This document shows positions 37,488 through 48,269 of a stretch of 64,000 nucleotides of DNA, one piece after another (position 1 is the stretch's first letter; the number at the start of each line of letters is the position of its first letter). A program made the position numbers and the translations under genes. Below the pieces are notes generated by a model that saw only the letters and a program-made list of their open reading frames with translations, was not told the origin of the DNA and ran no database searches. Origin of the DNA: Gammaproteobacteria bacterium (GTDB taxonomy: Bacteria; Pseudomonadota; Gammaproteobacteria; UBA1113); contig JAGVJQ010000038.1 of assembly GCA_020051015.1 (NCBI GenBank), positions 6,485-70,484 of the forward strand, read 5' to 3'.

Positions 37488-37827
37488 ACACGGCGAAGTG
37501 TGGCTTGCCAATCTCAATCCAAATAAAGGAAAAGAGCCGGGGAAAACCAGACCTGTTTTAGTAATGCAACACCAAGCTTTACTGGATATTGAACATCCCA
37601 CCACTATTATTGTGCCATTAACCACAACACTGATTGATAATGCTAAACCATTACGACTAAGAATTAATGCTCAAGCGGAACTAAAACATGACTCTGATAT
37701 TTTAATTGACCAAATTCGCTCAATTGACAATAGAAGATTAAGTTATGGACCTTTAATGACTTGCTCGCCTGAATTTATGACCCAAGTTTATCAAGCTATA
37801 AATGAAGTAATGGGGACTGTTAGCTAA
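37471..37827 (+). CDS. mazF: MazF/PemK-family endoribonuclease toxin
   Basis: HGEVWLANLNPNKGKEPGKTRPVLVMQ and the IDQIRSIDNRRL motif are typical of the PemK/MazF family. ATG at 37471 is preferred over the track start at 37456. Confidence 0.8.
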   Translation: MTQNIKHGEVWLANLNPNKGKEPGKTRPVLVMQHQALLDIEHPTTIIVPLTTTLIDNAKPLRLRINAQAELKHDSDILIDQIRSIDNRRLSYGPLMTCSPEFMTQVYQAINEVMGTVS

Positions 37828-37835
37828 ATAACAAC

Positions 37836-39023
37836 CTATTCCACATGCACAATCAACGATTTCAAATAATCCGTTTCTTCAATAGCTGGATGAACTGGAT
37901 GATCAGGACCTTGGTGGCCTTGAATTAAAATCCGGGCATGACAATGCTGACGTCGTGCTGAGCTACGTACCACATCAATCAAGTCTTCGTAGCTTAAATG
38001 CATGGAACATGAAGCTGAAATTAAAATCCCTGGGTTTTTTAGTAATTTTAATGCTAATTCATTGATACGATGATACGCTTGTTTACCAGCCTCCATATCT
38101 TTACGACGTTTAATAAAAGCAGGTGGATCAAGAATAATGACATCGAATTGTTGCTGTGCAGTGATTAACTCATCCAGTGCTGCAAAAGCATCTTGTTCTA
38201 TGGTTGTTATTTTATCTTGTACATTATTTAATTCTGCATGTTGTTTGACTAATGCTAAGGCCTTGGCAGAGCTATCGATACACGTGACATGGGATGCACC
38301 AAAACAAGCCGCTTGAACACCCCAACCACCGATATAACTAAACACATCTAATACGCGTTTATCTTTTACAAACGACTTTAAGTTAGCACGATTTAAGCGG
38401 TGATCATAAAACCAACCCGTTTTTTGGCCCTCAAAAATGGGAGCCGTAAATTTAACGCCATTTTCTTCCATATTCACTAACGAGGTTGGATTACCAAAAG
38501 CCACTTCGGTATATTTTGGTAAGTTTTCCAAATCACGCGCGCCACCATCAGCACGAATTAAAATATGTTGTGGATTGAGAACAGCTTTAAGTGCGGCAAC
38601 AATCGTATCTTTTAGAGCCTCCATGCCTGCGCTATTGATTTGCATCACTAGAGTATCATTGTAACGATCAACAACTAAACCTGGTAAGCCATCACTTTCA
38701 CCAAATATTAATCGGTAGCAAGGTACAGCAAAATAACTATCACGAACTTGCAACGCTTTAGTAATTTTGTCAGCAAAAAAAGTGGTATTGATGTCAGCAT
38801 TCGGTTGCTCTGTCAGTAATCGAACACACAATAATACCGAGGGATTAATATAACCCGTTCCCAATGGTCTGCCACTATAGCTAGTGATATTCACCAATTG
38901 TCCGACCTTAAATGATTTTAATGGTGAACGTTGTACATCAATTTCATTGCTGTAAATCCACAGATGACCGGCACGTAATCGACGATCTTCATTTTTCTTC
39001 AGATAAACAATTGGATAATTCAT
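37836..39023 (-). CDS. rlmI: 23S rRNA (cytosine1962-C5)-methyltransferase RlmI
   Basis: PUA-like N-terminus (LKKNEDRRLRAGHLWIYSNEI) and a SAM methyltransferase domain (VLDVFSYIGGWG; IILDPPAF). The ATG at 39023 forms an ATGA overlap with the uvrD stop. Confidence 0.85.
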   Translation of the reverse strand: MNYPIVYLKKNEDRRLRAGHLWIYSNEIDVQRSPLKSFKVGQLVNITSYSGRPLGTGYINPSVLLCVRLLTEQPNADINTTFFADKITKALQVRDSYFAVPCYRLIFGESDGLPGLVVDRYNDTLVMQINSAGMEALKDTIVAALKAVLNPQHILIRADGGARDLENLPKYTEVAFGNPTSLVNMEENGVKFTAPIFEGQKTGWFYDHRLNRANLKSFVKDKRVLDVFSYIGGWGVQAACFGASHVTCIDSSAKALALVKQHAELNNVQDKITTIEQDAFAALDELITAQQQFDVIILDPPAFIKRRKDMEAGKQAYHRINELALKLLKNPGILISASCSMHLSYEDLIDVVRSSARRQHCHARILIQGHQGPDHPVHPAIEETDYLKSLIVHVE

Positions 39024-41188
39024 ACTGGCACCAACTTTGCAAATGAGGCAACTAACCACTTCGTTCCCTGCTTATCAAATCTTACTTGTACCCGTCTATG
39101 GGCGCCGTCACCTTCGAAATCTAAAATAACTCCCTCACCAAATAATTGGTGATAGACCCTTTGTCCTAACATTAAACCTTCATCATTAATGGCATCTGAG
39201 TCCATTGCCAAGCGTTTTAACGGACTTGCCGCCTTGATATTTTGCGAACGTAATCGTACTTCTTCATAACAATCTGGTGGTAATTCACGCAAGAAACGCG
39301 ATGGTCGATTGCGTGTTTCGCTACCATGTAAGCGTCTGCTTTCCGCAAACGTTAAATATAATTTTTGTCGTGCCCGTGTCATGCCTACATAACATAAACG
39401 TCGTTCTTCTTCTATTTGACGAGGATCTTGCAGACACATGTAATGAGGAAATAAACCTTCCTCCATACCGCACATAAACACCAATGGGAACTCTAATCCT
39501 TTAGCGGAATGCAATGTCATTAATTGGACGGCATTTTCATCCATTGCTTGCCGTTCGCCTGACTCTAATGCTGCATGGGCTAAAAATGCTGCCATAATCG
39601 GCATATCTTCTTCGGCATCATAGGCAAATAAACGTCCGGTATCAATTAACTCCGCCAAGTTTTCAATGCGCGCTTGCCCTTTTTCACCACGTTCTTGTTG
39701 GAAATGGGGAATTAATCCACTACGTTGTACAGCTAATTCCAGCATTTCATGTAATTCTAAATCAACAGCATCGGTCTGCATATCAGTAATTAATTTGGTG
39801 AATTGCGTTAAGGCATTGGTTGCACGACTGGTGAAATGATTGATTTGTAATAATTCCTGTGTCGCACGCCATAACGAAATTTGTTGACTACGTGCACATT
39901 CACGTACCGCTTCCATAGTTTTATCACCAATACCGCGAGGTGGCGTTTGTACAGCGCGCTCAAAGGCATTGTCATCGTGTAAATTATAAATTAAGCGCAC
40001 ATAGGCCAATGCATCTTTAATTTCTGCGCGATCATAGAATCGTAAGCCGCCGTAAATTCGATAGGGGATGCCAACTTGCAATAATGCTTCTTCCAGTACA
40101 CGTGACTGTACGTTCGAACGATATAATACCGCAATTTCACTACGTGCTAAGCCTTTTTCCATCGCTTGTTGAATTCGAGCAGTAATAAATCGTGCTTCAT
40201 CAACTTCATTATATGCATTGTAAACGCTGATCAAATCACCTTCACGCATTTCGGTCCATAAGTTTTTACCTAGCCGATCTTGATTGTGGCTAATAACATG
40301 ATTCGCAGCATCTAAAATAACTTTGGTCGAGCGATAATTTTGCTCTAACCGTATTACATGCGTATCAATAAAATGTGCTGAAAATTGTTGAATATTTTCT
40401 ACTTTTGCTCCACGCCAACCATAAATAGATTGATCGTCATCACCAACCACCATAACCCAGGCGGTGTCACCTGCTAATAATCGTAACCAGGCATATTGCA
40501 AAGAATTAGTATCTTGAAATTCATCAACCAATATATGTTTGAAACGTTGTTGATAATGCTGTAATAAGGCAGGATTATTCACTAATAATTCGTGACAACG
40601 TAATAGTAATTCGGTGAAATCCACCAGACTACTCTGTTGACAAATTGCATCATAGGCTTGATAAATTTTTAATAGTGTTCGTGTTGATGGATCGCCATAA
40701 TGATCAATATGATGTGGTCGCAAACCTTCTTCTTTTTGGCCATTGATATACCATTGCGCTTGTTTTGCTGGCCACTGTTTCTCATCAAGATTTAACTCAC
40801 GAATCACCCGCCTTACTAAACGCAATTGATCTTCGCTATCCAAAATTTGAAAATTTTCTGCCAGACCAGCTTCATGCCAATGCATGCGCAACATCCGATG
40901 CGCCAAACTATGGAATGTCCCTAACCACATGCGACGTGCTGATAAGCCCACCAACTCTTCAACACGGCTTCGCATTTCGCCAGCCGCTTTATTGGTAAAG
41001 GTCACCGCTAAAATATTATGTGGCGATTCACAACGGTCGGTTATAAGCCAGGCAATACGATGCACCAGCACACGTGTTTTACCACTACCGGCACCAGCCA
41101 ACACCAGCACATGACCATTTTCAGCAGTCACGGCAGCATGTTGTTCAGGATTTAAATTGTGTAAAATTGTATCAGTATTCATGGTCAA
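39020..41188 (-). CDS. uvrD: DNA helicase II UvrD
   Basis: 722 aa. Superfamily 1 helicase motifs: LNPEQHAAV, AGAGSGKTRVL, VDEFQDTN, YRS, TLHSAKGLEF and VGMTRAR. Confidence 0.9.
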   Translation of the reverse strand: MTMNTDTILHNLNPEQHAAVTAENGHVLVLAGAGSGKTRVLVHRIAWLITDRCESPHNILAVTFTNKAAGEMRSRVEELVGLSARRMWLGTFHSLAHRMLRMHWHEAGLAENFQILDSEDQLRLVRRVIRELNLDEKQWPAKQAQWYINGQKEEGLRPHHIDHYGDPSTRTLLKIYQAYDAICQQSSLVDFTELLLRCHELLVNNPALLQHYQQRFKHILVDEFQDTNSLQYAWLRLLAGDTAWVMVVGDDDQSIYGWRGAKVENIQQFSAHFIDTHVIRLEQNYRSTKVILDAANHVISHNQDRLGKNLWTEMREGDLISVYNAYNEVDEARFITARIQQAMEKGLARSEIAVLYRSNVQSRVLEEALLQVGIPYRIYGGLRFYDRAEIKDALAYVRLIYNLHDDNAFERAVQTPPRGIGDKTMEAVRECARSQQISLWRATQELLQINHFTSRATNALTQFTKLITDMQTDAVDLELHEMLELAVQRSGLIPHFQQERGEKGQARIENLAELIDTGRLFAYDAEEDMPIMAAFLAHAALESGERQAMDENAVQLMTLHSAKGLEFPLVFMCGMEEGLFPHYMCLQDPRQIEEERRLCYVGMTRARQKLYLTFAESRRLHGSETRNRPSRFLRELPPDCYEEVRLRSQNIKAASPLKRLAMDSDAINDEGLMLGQRVYHQLFGEGVILDFEGDGAHRRVQVRFDKQGTKWLVASFAKLVPV

Positions 41189-41451
41189 TATTGTAACGTG
41201 AAGTGTCCAAGAGTGCTATGGAAATTTAAGTTACCTTGCCAATATAGCAAGAGCATTGGCGCGCTAGCTAAGATTATCAATCGTTTCCATGCTAAAAATT
41301 GGTAATGACTCAGTAGATTTGACATCATTTTGCATCACAAATTGCATATACCCATCATACCTCAAGGTACGGTGGATATATAACCATCAATAGTGTCAAT
41401 GCATCAACGTTAATGATAAAATAGTGATTATTATTTACCAACAGGTGTTAC

Positions 41452-42138
41452 ATGAAATCCTTTCTTGTTTTATTTGGCGATAAACAACTCGACTTATTTA
41501 ATACTGAATTGCTCAATTCACATATCAACTATTTAAAGCAATTGCATCAAACTGGACACCTACAAACTTGTGGACCATTTGCCAATGACGATGGCGCTAT
41601 GTTAATCATTAAAGCATCGTCACAAGAACAAGTCGAAAATCTGGTCGCGCAAGATCCATTTATTAAAGAAAATTATTATCAACGAATTTCTATTCAAGAA
41701 TATACTGAAGCTAATGCCGCTAATAATTGGCTAGCCGCAGGTGAAATTGAGATTGACCCGACTATACCAACTCAAACGCAATCGATTGAAGGACCACCAA
41801 AATCATTAGCTGTTTTACATCGTAAATTTAAAGATGGCAAAACCTATGATGATTTTCGCCAAGCATGGTTGCCGCCCGTTGACAATCCACTTGATAAAGA
41901 ATCCTTAGCAAATTATTTTCATCTTCCCGTTAAAGTCATCAGTGCCGTAAATGCCTTTGATCCTACTGACATAATTAGTATTGCGTTAATTTGGGCTGAT
42001 AGTGAAACTATCCAGGCTGAATCGCATCGTGCAGCAGCAACTGAAGCCATTCGGCGTGAACGTGTTGCCGAAGTCAGTGATAAAACCTTAGATCCGAAAA
42101 TGTATACCATCATGGATATTGATGTATTAGGAAAATAA
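41452..42138 (+). CDS. YciI-like domain protein with a C-terminal extension of about 130 aa
   Basis: The N-terminal ~95 aa fit the YciI pattern (HINYLKQLHQTGHLQTCGPFANDDGAMLIIKASSQEQVENLVAQDPF). The remainder is not recognised. Confidence 0.65.
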   Translation: MKSFLVLFGDKQLDLFNTELLNSHINYLKQLHQTGHLQTCGPFANDDGAMLIIKASSQEQVENLVAQDPFIKENYYQRISIQEYTEANAANNWLAAGEIEIDPTIPTQTQSIEGPPKSLAVLHRKFKDGKTYDDFRQAWLPPVDNPLDKESLANYFHLPVKVISAVNAFDPTDIISIALIWADSETIQAESHRAAATEAIRRERVAEVSDKTLDPKMYTIMDIDVLGK

Positions 42139-42299
42139 TTCATTTCCTCTTCTTGTACAAGGTATCCTCTTTAGTTAATATCTCATTAAGTTATAAAGCC
42201 TTAATTAATATTAAGGCTTTATTAATATAATTTCTCGTATTTAATAACTTTAAAAAAATCAACTGTCCATTTTTATATTAACAATAAAGAGCAACAAAT

Positions 42300-44375
42300 A
42301 TGACTTACCGTAATTTTCAACAGTTTTATGATGGGGTAAATAATCAACTGAATCCTGATTCAGGTATTAGTGGCAACTTTCAATATAGTCGCAGCACAAA
42401 AAAAATAAGGCAACAACAGCTTAAGCAAATTCTTGACGCCCGTGACGCAATCAAAGCCAAGTTTGATAACAATGAGATTAATGAAACCCAAGCATGTTGT
42501 GAATTATATGCCATTTTGACGTTATATAAACATATAGCTTGGCATGAAAAATATGATAAAGAAAGCAGTGCTTGGGGGAAAAAACCACCTAATTTTACTG
42601 ACCATATTCAAAAAGTAATGAATAATGCCCCTGATTGTATTAAGCAAAATACCGAATTGCGAGACGACGCTATTATCAAGGCACTTGATAATCATTTAAG
42701 TCAATTACTGGGTTCATTGCAGCCAGCTAACTATGCTACTCAACTTGACAATATTGATACCCATCCTGAGCCACTTAATCGCTTAGTTCGTCACTTCGGT
42801 TTGTTGGTACTCGCTGCAGGACAAGCTAAAACACCAGAACAGCGATTAGCATTATACGAAGAATATACCAAAGTATATCTCGTCATTTCTCATATATCTA
42901 ACATAGAGAAAGTACCATCGTTAATTGCACGAATTAATGGTGTATCACCTCTATTACAACTTGGTAGTCAATATTATCGATTACAACAAGATCTCGGCTT
43001 ATTTAGCGAAAAATTTCCACGTATTCATGAATTAGAAAAAACATATAAAGACCAAATTAATAATTTCTTAACGCAACACTTAACCACATTAATGGATGAT
43101 TGGTTCTTACCGCCGATGGCTGAATCATTAATTGGTGTGATATCTGAAACAGAGTTACAATTACCGCCACCCCCACCAGAAAGTACTATTAATGAAATTA
43201 ATCGTCAGCAAGAAAAACAAGGGGCAGCCCCTGTGGATGAAGATGGGGCTTGGAGTGATGAAGAGGAAGAAGCAGGTCCCTCGACTCGTATCAATATAGT
43301 TTCTATGCCAGAATTACCTGATCCAGCAACGCTAGTGCAAGTTGAATCTGGTAGTTCATCCAGGCCACCAATGCGACCCGTTAATCCTCATGCTGTAACA
43401 GATGCAAGATTATTACAACTCATTACGCAAACGAATTATTTAATTCAATTACGTGATTACGCATTAGAAATATCGACAACGGATAGTGCATCAAGATTAC
43501 GTAAAATTTTTGATGATTTTGCAGTGCAATTAAAAGACAAATTTATCAAGTCATCCAACAAAAAACCAATAATTACTCGCGTATTAAACGATATCATCCC
43601 CATAATTGAGTTAGCTAAAGTATTAAGATATCAAATAGAAAACAATGCCACTTTGTTTGAAAAATTAAAATCTACTCCACTCACTGCTAAAACACATGAC
43701 TTATTAACTACACTTCATGCAGCTAACACTAACCTTAATGAACGCATTCTATCAGGCAAGGTATTTTTGATAGATAATAATGGTCAATTAAAAGTAGATG
43801 TTCCTTCTCTAACTACCATAGCAAATTATATGGCTGCCATGGTGCAATTTTTTCATGCGCCACATAGTAAAGAGTTATTAAGCGATCCAGCATTAAAAGA
43901 ATTGCTCACATCCCTTGATGCGAACTTGAATCATATTGAAAAAAATCTGATGAAACATTGGCACAGGTTTACTTGGAGTAGACAATTACTTGAAATATTA
44001 ACTCTCTGTCAAACAAAAGCTAAATTATCAAATATTCTACATAGTTCTAAGTGTCCTGGAGATGAATATCAAATTGATAAGTCGTTTAGAGAAAGCCTCA
44101 AACAAACTATCAACGATCCTGTCATTAATACTTGGTCCGCTTTTATAACTAAAGCGAATGAAATTCGTGCTGCGGTTAATAATCAAACTACATTTATTAA
44201 AGAAGTTGATCAATGCATTGGTTCTTATGCGAATAAACTAGCTGCCCCAACAGCATCTAGTCGCATACCGGGTACGCAATTTAATACCCCAGTAGCGATT
44301 ATTCCTACAAACTCATCAGGCCAACCGCTAGTAATACAAAGACCTAGTGGACCAGGAGGTCGCCCTCACCAATAA
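42300..44375 (+). CDS. hypothetical protein (691 aa, orphan) with a central Pro-rich and acidic linker
   Basis: Long clean ORF. The central PPPPPES...DEDGAWSDEEEEAGP segment is flanked by helical regions. No family recognised. Confidence 0.6.
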   Translation: MTYRNFQQFYDGVNNQLNPDSGISGNFQYSRSTKKIRQQQLKQILDARDAIKAKFDNNEINETQACCELYAILTLYKHIAWHEKYDKESSAWGKKPPNFTDHIQKVMNNAPDCIKQNTELRDDAIIKALDNHLSQLLGSLQPANYATQLDNIDTHPEPLNRLVRHFGLLVLAAGQAKTPEQRLALYEEYTKVYLVISHISNIEKVPSLIARINGVSPLLQLGSQYYRLQQDLGLFSEKFPRIHELEKTYKDQINNFLTQHLTTLMDDWFLPPMAESLIGVISETELQLPPPPPESTINEINRQQEKQGAAPVDEDGAWSDEEEEAGPSTRINIVSMPELPDPATLVQVESGSSSRPPMRPVNPHAVTDARLLQLITQTNYLIQLRDYALEISTTDSASRLRKIFDDFAVQLKDKFIKSSNKKPIITRVLNDIIPIIELAKVLRYQIENNATLFEKLKSTPLTAKTHDLLTTLHAANTNLNERILSGKVFLIDNNGQLKVDVPSLTTIANYMAAMVQFFHAPHSKELLSDPALKELLTSLDANLNHIEKNLMKHWHRFTWSRQLLEILTLCQTKAKLSNILHSSKCPGDEYQIDKSFRESLKQTINDPVINTWSAFITKANEIRAAVNNQTTFIKEVDQCIGSYANKLAAPTASSRIPGTQFNTPVAIIPTNSSGQPLVIQRPSGPGGRPHQ

Positions 44376-44394
44376 GAATGTGATACTTCAAACT

Positions 44395-44430
44395 AGCTAA
44401 TCAGATTTTGCTAACAAAATCTGATTAGCT
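44395..44430. terminator. perfect 16-bp hairpin between convergent genes (probable bidirectional terminator)
   Basis: agctaatcagattttg (44395-44410), loop ctaa, caaaatctgattagct (44415-44430). Confidence 0.55.
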
Positions 44431-44438
44431 GCAATGAG

Positions 44439-45899
44439 TTATTTTGCATAATCAATTTCCGTCATCATGCCAGCTTCTTGATGATATAACATATGACAGT
44501 GAACTACCCATTTACCTGGATTATCACTATCAAATTGCACTTTGACGGTTGAATGTGGCATCACAAAAACCGTATCACGCATAGCGCCATCTGTTACTGG
44601 TTTACCATCTATTTCTGTCACTTCAAAAGTATGACCATGTAGATGAATAGGATGTGCCATATCAGTTTGGTTATTAATAATCATTTCTACTCGTCGATCG
44701 TTGTGTACACTCAACGGCGTAATATGCGGCCACATTTGGTTGTTGATTTTCCATTCATATTTAGCCATGTCACCTTCAAGATTAAGCGTTAATGTTTCAT
44801 CAACCGGTTTGGGTGTTAAAGGATACAATGCCTTTAATTGCCATTCTTGTGAATAATCTAAGCTACCAGCTGTATTTTTTACTTTTTCTGGATAAGTAGG
44901 AATTGTTTTTGCCTCTGGCGTTGCCAGTATCAATCCCGTTTGCATATTGGTACCTTCGCCTTGTGCTAATATAGGATACACGCCATCTTTTTGTTCAGGA
45001 ATTTTAACTAGAATATCTAAACGTTGCGCTTCAGAAATTTGAAATTGTGTTCCATTAATGGGATGAATATCATTACCATCTACAGCAATTAATTGCCCAG
45101 GTAATTTACCGGTATTAACAAAAAAACCACTCATGGCCGCACCATTAATGATACGTAAACGTACTGTTTTCCCCGGTTGGACACGAATAACGGGTGGATT
45201 TTTTAGCGTTTGATAGTTAGTTAAATAAGCATCGTACTTTACATCATTTAAATCAGGCTTTTGCGCCATTGAATTATCGCTTTGCATCGATGACATCGAT
45301 TTATTATCATTCATTGGCATTGCCATTTTTTGCTTTGTCGCTGCCGACGTATTCATAGGCATGCCTTTCTTAAGTTCTGCAAAAATAGCATCCGGTGTTT
45401 TTGGACTGTAATCCGCCAACATCATGACCACATCTTGCGCATCACTTTTATCATTTGGATCATGAATGATAAACGGCGCTGACATATAACGCTGTACTTG
45501 CAAACCAAAATGCGAATGCATCCAAAATGTACCTGCTTGTAACAGTTTAAAATGATAATGATAGGTTCCACCGGGTGGAATGGGTGCTTGTGTAACATAA
45601 GGTACGCCATCTTGATCATTTGGAACAATCAATCCATGCCAATGTAACACTGTTGGGACAGTTGTTTCGTTTTTTACTGTGGCATCAAAATATTGGCCTT
45701 TAACCCCCTCAAAACCCCATGTACCATTGGGTTGCGACACATAGTAAACCCATGTTTTTTTACCATCAACGTCGATATTTTTTTGAGTAATTACTAGCTC
45801 AATTGACTTATTAGCATTCTCTTTCGTAGCGGCATAAGTATTTGCTAGCATAAAAATGCTAATCGACATTCCAATAAATATTTTCATCAATTTAATCAT
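44439..45899 (-). CDS. multicopper oxidase (CopA/PcoA-like) with a Met-rich insert
   Basis: Copper-ligand motifs HWHGL, WMHSH, HPIHLHGH and HCHMLYHQEAGMM. Met-rich tract MAMPMNDNKSMSSMQSDNSM. Signal peptide present. Confidence 0.85.
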   Translation of the reverse strand: MIKLMKIFIGMSISIFMLANTYAATKENANKSIELVITQKNIDVDGKKTWVYYVSQPNGTWGFEGVKGQYFDATVKNETTVPTVLHWHGLIVPNDQDGVPYVTQAPIPPGGTYHYHFKLLQAGTFWMHSHFGLQVQRYMSAPFIIHDPNDKSDAQDVVMMLADYSPKTPDAIFAELKKGMPMNTSAATKQKMAMPMNDNKSMSSMQSDNSMAQKPDLNDVKYDAYLTNYQTLKNPPVIRVQPGKTVRLRIINGAAMSGFFVNTGKLPGQLIAVDGNDIHPINGTQFQISEAQRLDILVKIPEQKDGVYPILAQGEGTNMQTGLILATPEAKTIPTYPEKVKNTAGSLDYSQEWQLKALYPLTPKPVDETLTLNLEGDMAKYEWKINNQMWPHITPLSVHNDRRVEMIINNQTDMAHPIHLHGHTFEVTEIDGKPVTDGAMRDTVFVMPHSTVKVQFDSDNPGKWVVHCHMLYHQEAGMMTEIDYAK

Positions 45900-46005
45900 T
45901 GCAATTTTATCCTTAAAAAAACATGTTTAGATAATAATAGAGGTTGTTACCCAAGACACAAAAGTATTATATACTTTATTTTACTAATAATGGATTAGAT
46001 ATATT

Positions 46006-48249
46006 ATGACTACCAAACACTCTTTGCAAATTACTGGTATGAAATGTGCTAGTTGTGTTGCTCGTATTGAAAAAACACTTACCGACATACCAGGGGTACA
46101 GCAGGCCAATGTCAATTTTGCCACTAAAATGGCAACTATCACTACAAATACAAGTGTAACTGAGCAAACATTAATTGATGCCATTACAAAAATTGGTTAT
46201 CAAGCATCAAATGTGCATACTCATGCGCATGACCATTTACACCATCATGATGAACAACCAGAAACTCAACACTATCATCAATTGCTAGTGAAAACTTTTG
46301 TAGCTGGCACTATCGGTATCTTATTGATGATCATGGCTATGTTAAATTGGATGCCTGATTTATTTAGCTACCACGGGCATTTACTGAATCTTGGCTTATT
46401 AGCATTAAGTCTAGTAATATTAATTTATGCTGGTCGTCATTTTTATATTGGTAGTTGGCAAGCGCTGAAAGCACGTACTGCTAATATGGATACGTTAATT
46501 GCCTTGGGCACTGGCATTGCGTGGTTGTATTCAGCTTTCGTTATATTTTTCCCAATCTATTTCCCAACCATGGCGCAACATATTTATCTTGAGTCGGCAC
46601 TTATTATTACTGCCTTAGTTGATCTCGGTGCTGCTTTAGAAATGCGTGCTCGACGTAATACTTCACTCGCTATTAAACAATTAATGAATTTACAACCGAA
46701 AATGGCACGTTTAATAAAAAATAATTCTGAAAGTGACGTGCCCGTTGAAACATTACAAATCGGTGACCTTATTCGTGTTCGCCCTGGTGAGCAAATTCCG
46801 ATTGATGGTGAAATAACTGAAGGAAAATCATACATCGATGAATCGATGTTAACCGGTGAATCAATGCCCGTAGAAAAAATGGTGGGTGATCAAGTTATTG
46901 GTGCCACCTTAAATAAAAGTGGCAGTTTTATCGTTAAAATTAATCATACCGGCACCGAAACAGTGCTCGCTAAAATTATTGAATTAGTACAACAAGCACA
47001 AAATACCAAGCCAAAATTAGCTCGTTTGGCTGATCAAGTTGCTGCTATATTTGTACCCACTGTGGTAATTATATCGATTATTACCGCCATTGTTTGGTAC
47101 TTCTTCGGCCCTACGCCACCAATTGCCTATATGTTAGTGACCAGTATGGCAGTATTAGTCATTGCGTGTCCCTGCGCATTAGGGTTAGCTATCCCAATTT
47201 CCGTCATGGTTGGTGTAGGTAAAGCCGCTAGTAATGGTATTTTGATTCGACAAGCTGATGCCTTACAACAAGCTAGTACCTTAACTACGATTGTATTAGA
47301 TAAAACTGGCACTATTACGATCGGTAAACCGACCGTGACCGGTGTTTATGCAATAAATGGTGATGATGAAAAAAATGTCTTAACGATTGCAGCAAGTTTG
47401 GAAATTAATTCAGAACATCCTTTAGCAACAGCAATAACTGCTTCAGCAAAGCAAAAACAATGTGAATTGTTACCTGTCATTGATTTTCAGGCAATTGAAG
47501 GTCAAGGTGTTACCGGCATGATTAATAATAAAGTTGCCTATCTTGGTAACCAACAGTTTATGTTATCAAAAAATATTATTATCGATGCACAAATTTCACA
47601 ATCAATTTTGCAAAAGCACCCCAGTGAAACCGGAATTTATGTTGCCATTGACAACAAGTTAATTGGTTTAATTACTTTAGCTGATGCTATTAAACCAGAA
47701 GCTCTTGCTGCAATAAAACGCTTAAAAGACATGCATATTAAAGTTGTTATGCTGACCGGTGATCATCATGCAGTTGCCGATGCGATTGCCAAGCAAGTTG
47801 GTGTAAATGACTTTATTGCCGAAGTATTACCGCAAGATAAAGCAGCAAAAATAATGGCATTACGAAATAAAGGTGAAAAAGTTGGCATGGTTGGTGATGG
47901 TATTAATGATGCCCCTGCTCTTGCTAGCGCGGATGTTGGCTTTGCTATTGGTACAGGAACCGATATCGCTATTGAAAGCGCTGGCATTACCTTAATGAGC
48001 GGATCATTGCATGGCGTTGCTGATGCCATTCAATTATCAAAACAAACCGTGCGTAATATGAAGCAAAATTTATTTGGTGCGTTTATTTATAATATTATCG
48101 GCATTCCTATTGCCGCAGGCGTGTTATATCCATTTATTGGATTATTACTTAATCCAATGATTGCCGCAGCAGCGATGGCATTATCATCTGTGACGGTAGT
48201 AAGTAATGCCAATCGCTTGCGTGGGTTTAAGGTACGGGGAGGCTATTAA
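46006..48249 (+). CDS. copA: copper-translocating P1B-type ATPase
   Basis: N-terminal HMA domain [13 protein letters not shown], transmembrane CPC motif, DKTGTIT phosphorylation site and [10 protein letters not shown] hinge. Confidence 0.95.
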   Translation: MTTKHSLQITGMKCASCVARIEKTLTDIPGVQQANVNFATKMATITTNTSVTEQTLIDAITKIGYQASNVHTHAHDHLHHHDEQPETQHYHQLLVKTFVAGTIGILLMIMAMLNWMPDLFSYHGHLLNLGLLALSLVILIYAGRHFYIGSWQALKARTANMDTLIALGTGIAWLYSAFVIFFPIYFPTMAQHIYLESALIITALVDLGAALEMRARRNTSLAIKQLMNLQPKMARLIKNNSESDVPVETLQIGDLIRVRPGEQIPIDGEITEGKSYIDESMLTGESMPVEKMVGDQVIGATLNKSGSFIVKINHTGTETVLAKIIELVQQAQNTKPKLARLADQVAAIFVPTVVIISIITAIVWYFFGPTPPIAYMLVTSMAVLVIACPCALGLAIPISVMVGVGKAASNGILIRQADALQQASTLTTIVLDKTGTITIGKPTVTGVYAINGDDEKNVLTIAASLEINSEHPLATAITASAKQKQCELLPVIDFQAIEGQGVTGMINNKVAYLGNQQFMLSKNIIIDAQISQSILQKHPSETGIYVAIDNKLIGLITLADAIKPEALAAIKRLKDMHIKVVMLTGDHHAVADAIAKQVGVNDFIAEVLPQDKAAKIMALRNKGEKVGMVGDGINDAPALASADVGFAIGTGTDIAIESAGITLMSGSLHGVADAIQLSKQTVRNMKQNLFGAFIYNIIGIPIAAGVLYPFIGLLLNPMIAAAAMALSSVTVVSNANRLRGFKVRGGY

Positions 48250-48269
48250 TGAAGATGATTATTATAATC

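Noticed and set aside
45900..46005. CueR/MerR-type operator in the spacer between the multicopper oxidase gene and copA
   Set aside because: I could not identify a convincing dyad with the long-spacer promoter geometry by eye, so it is left as an open question rather than a feature.
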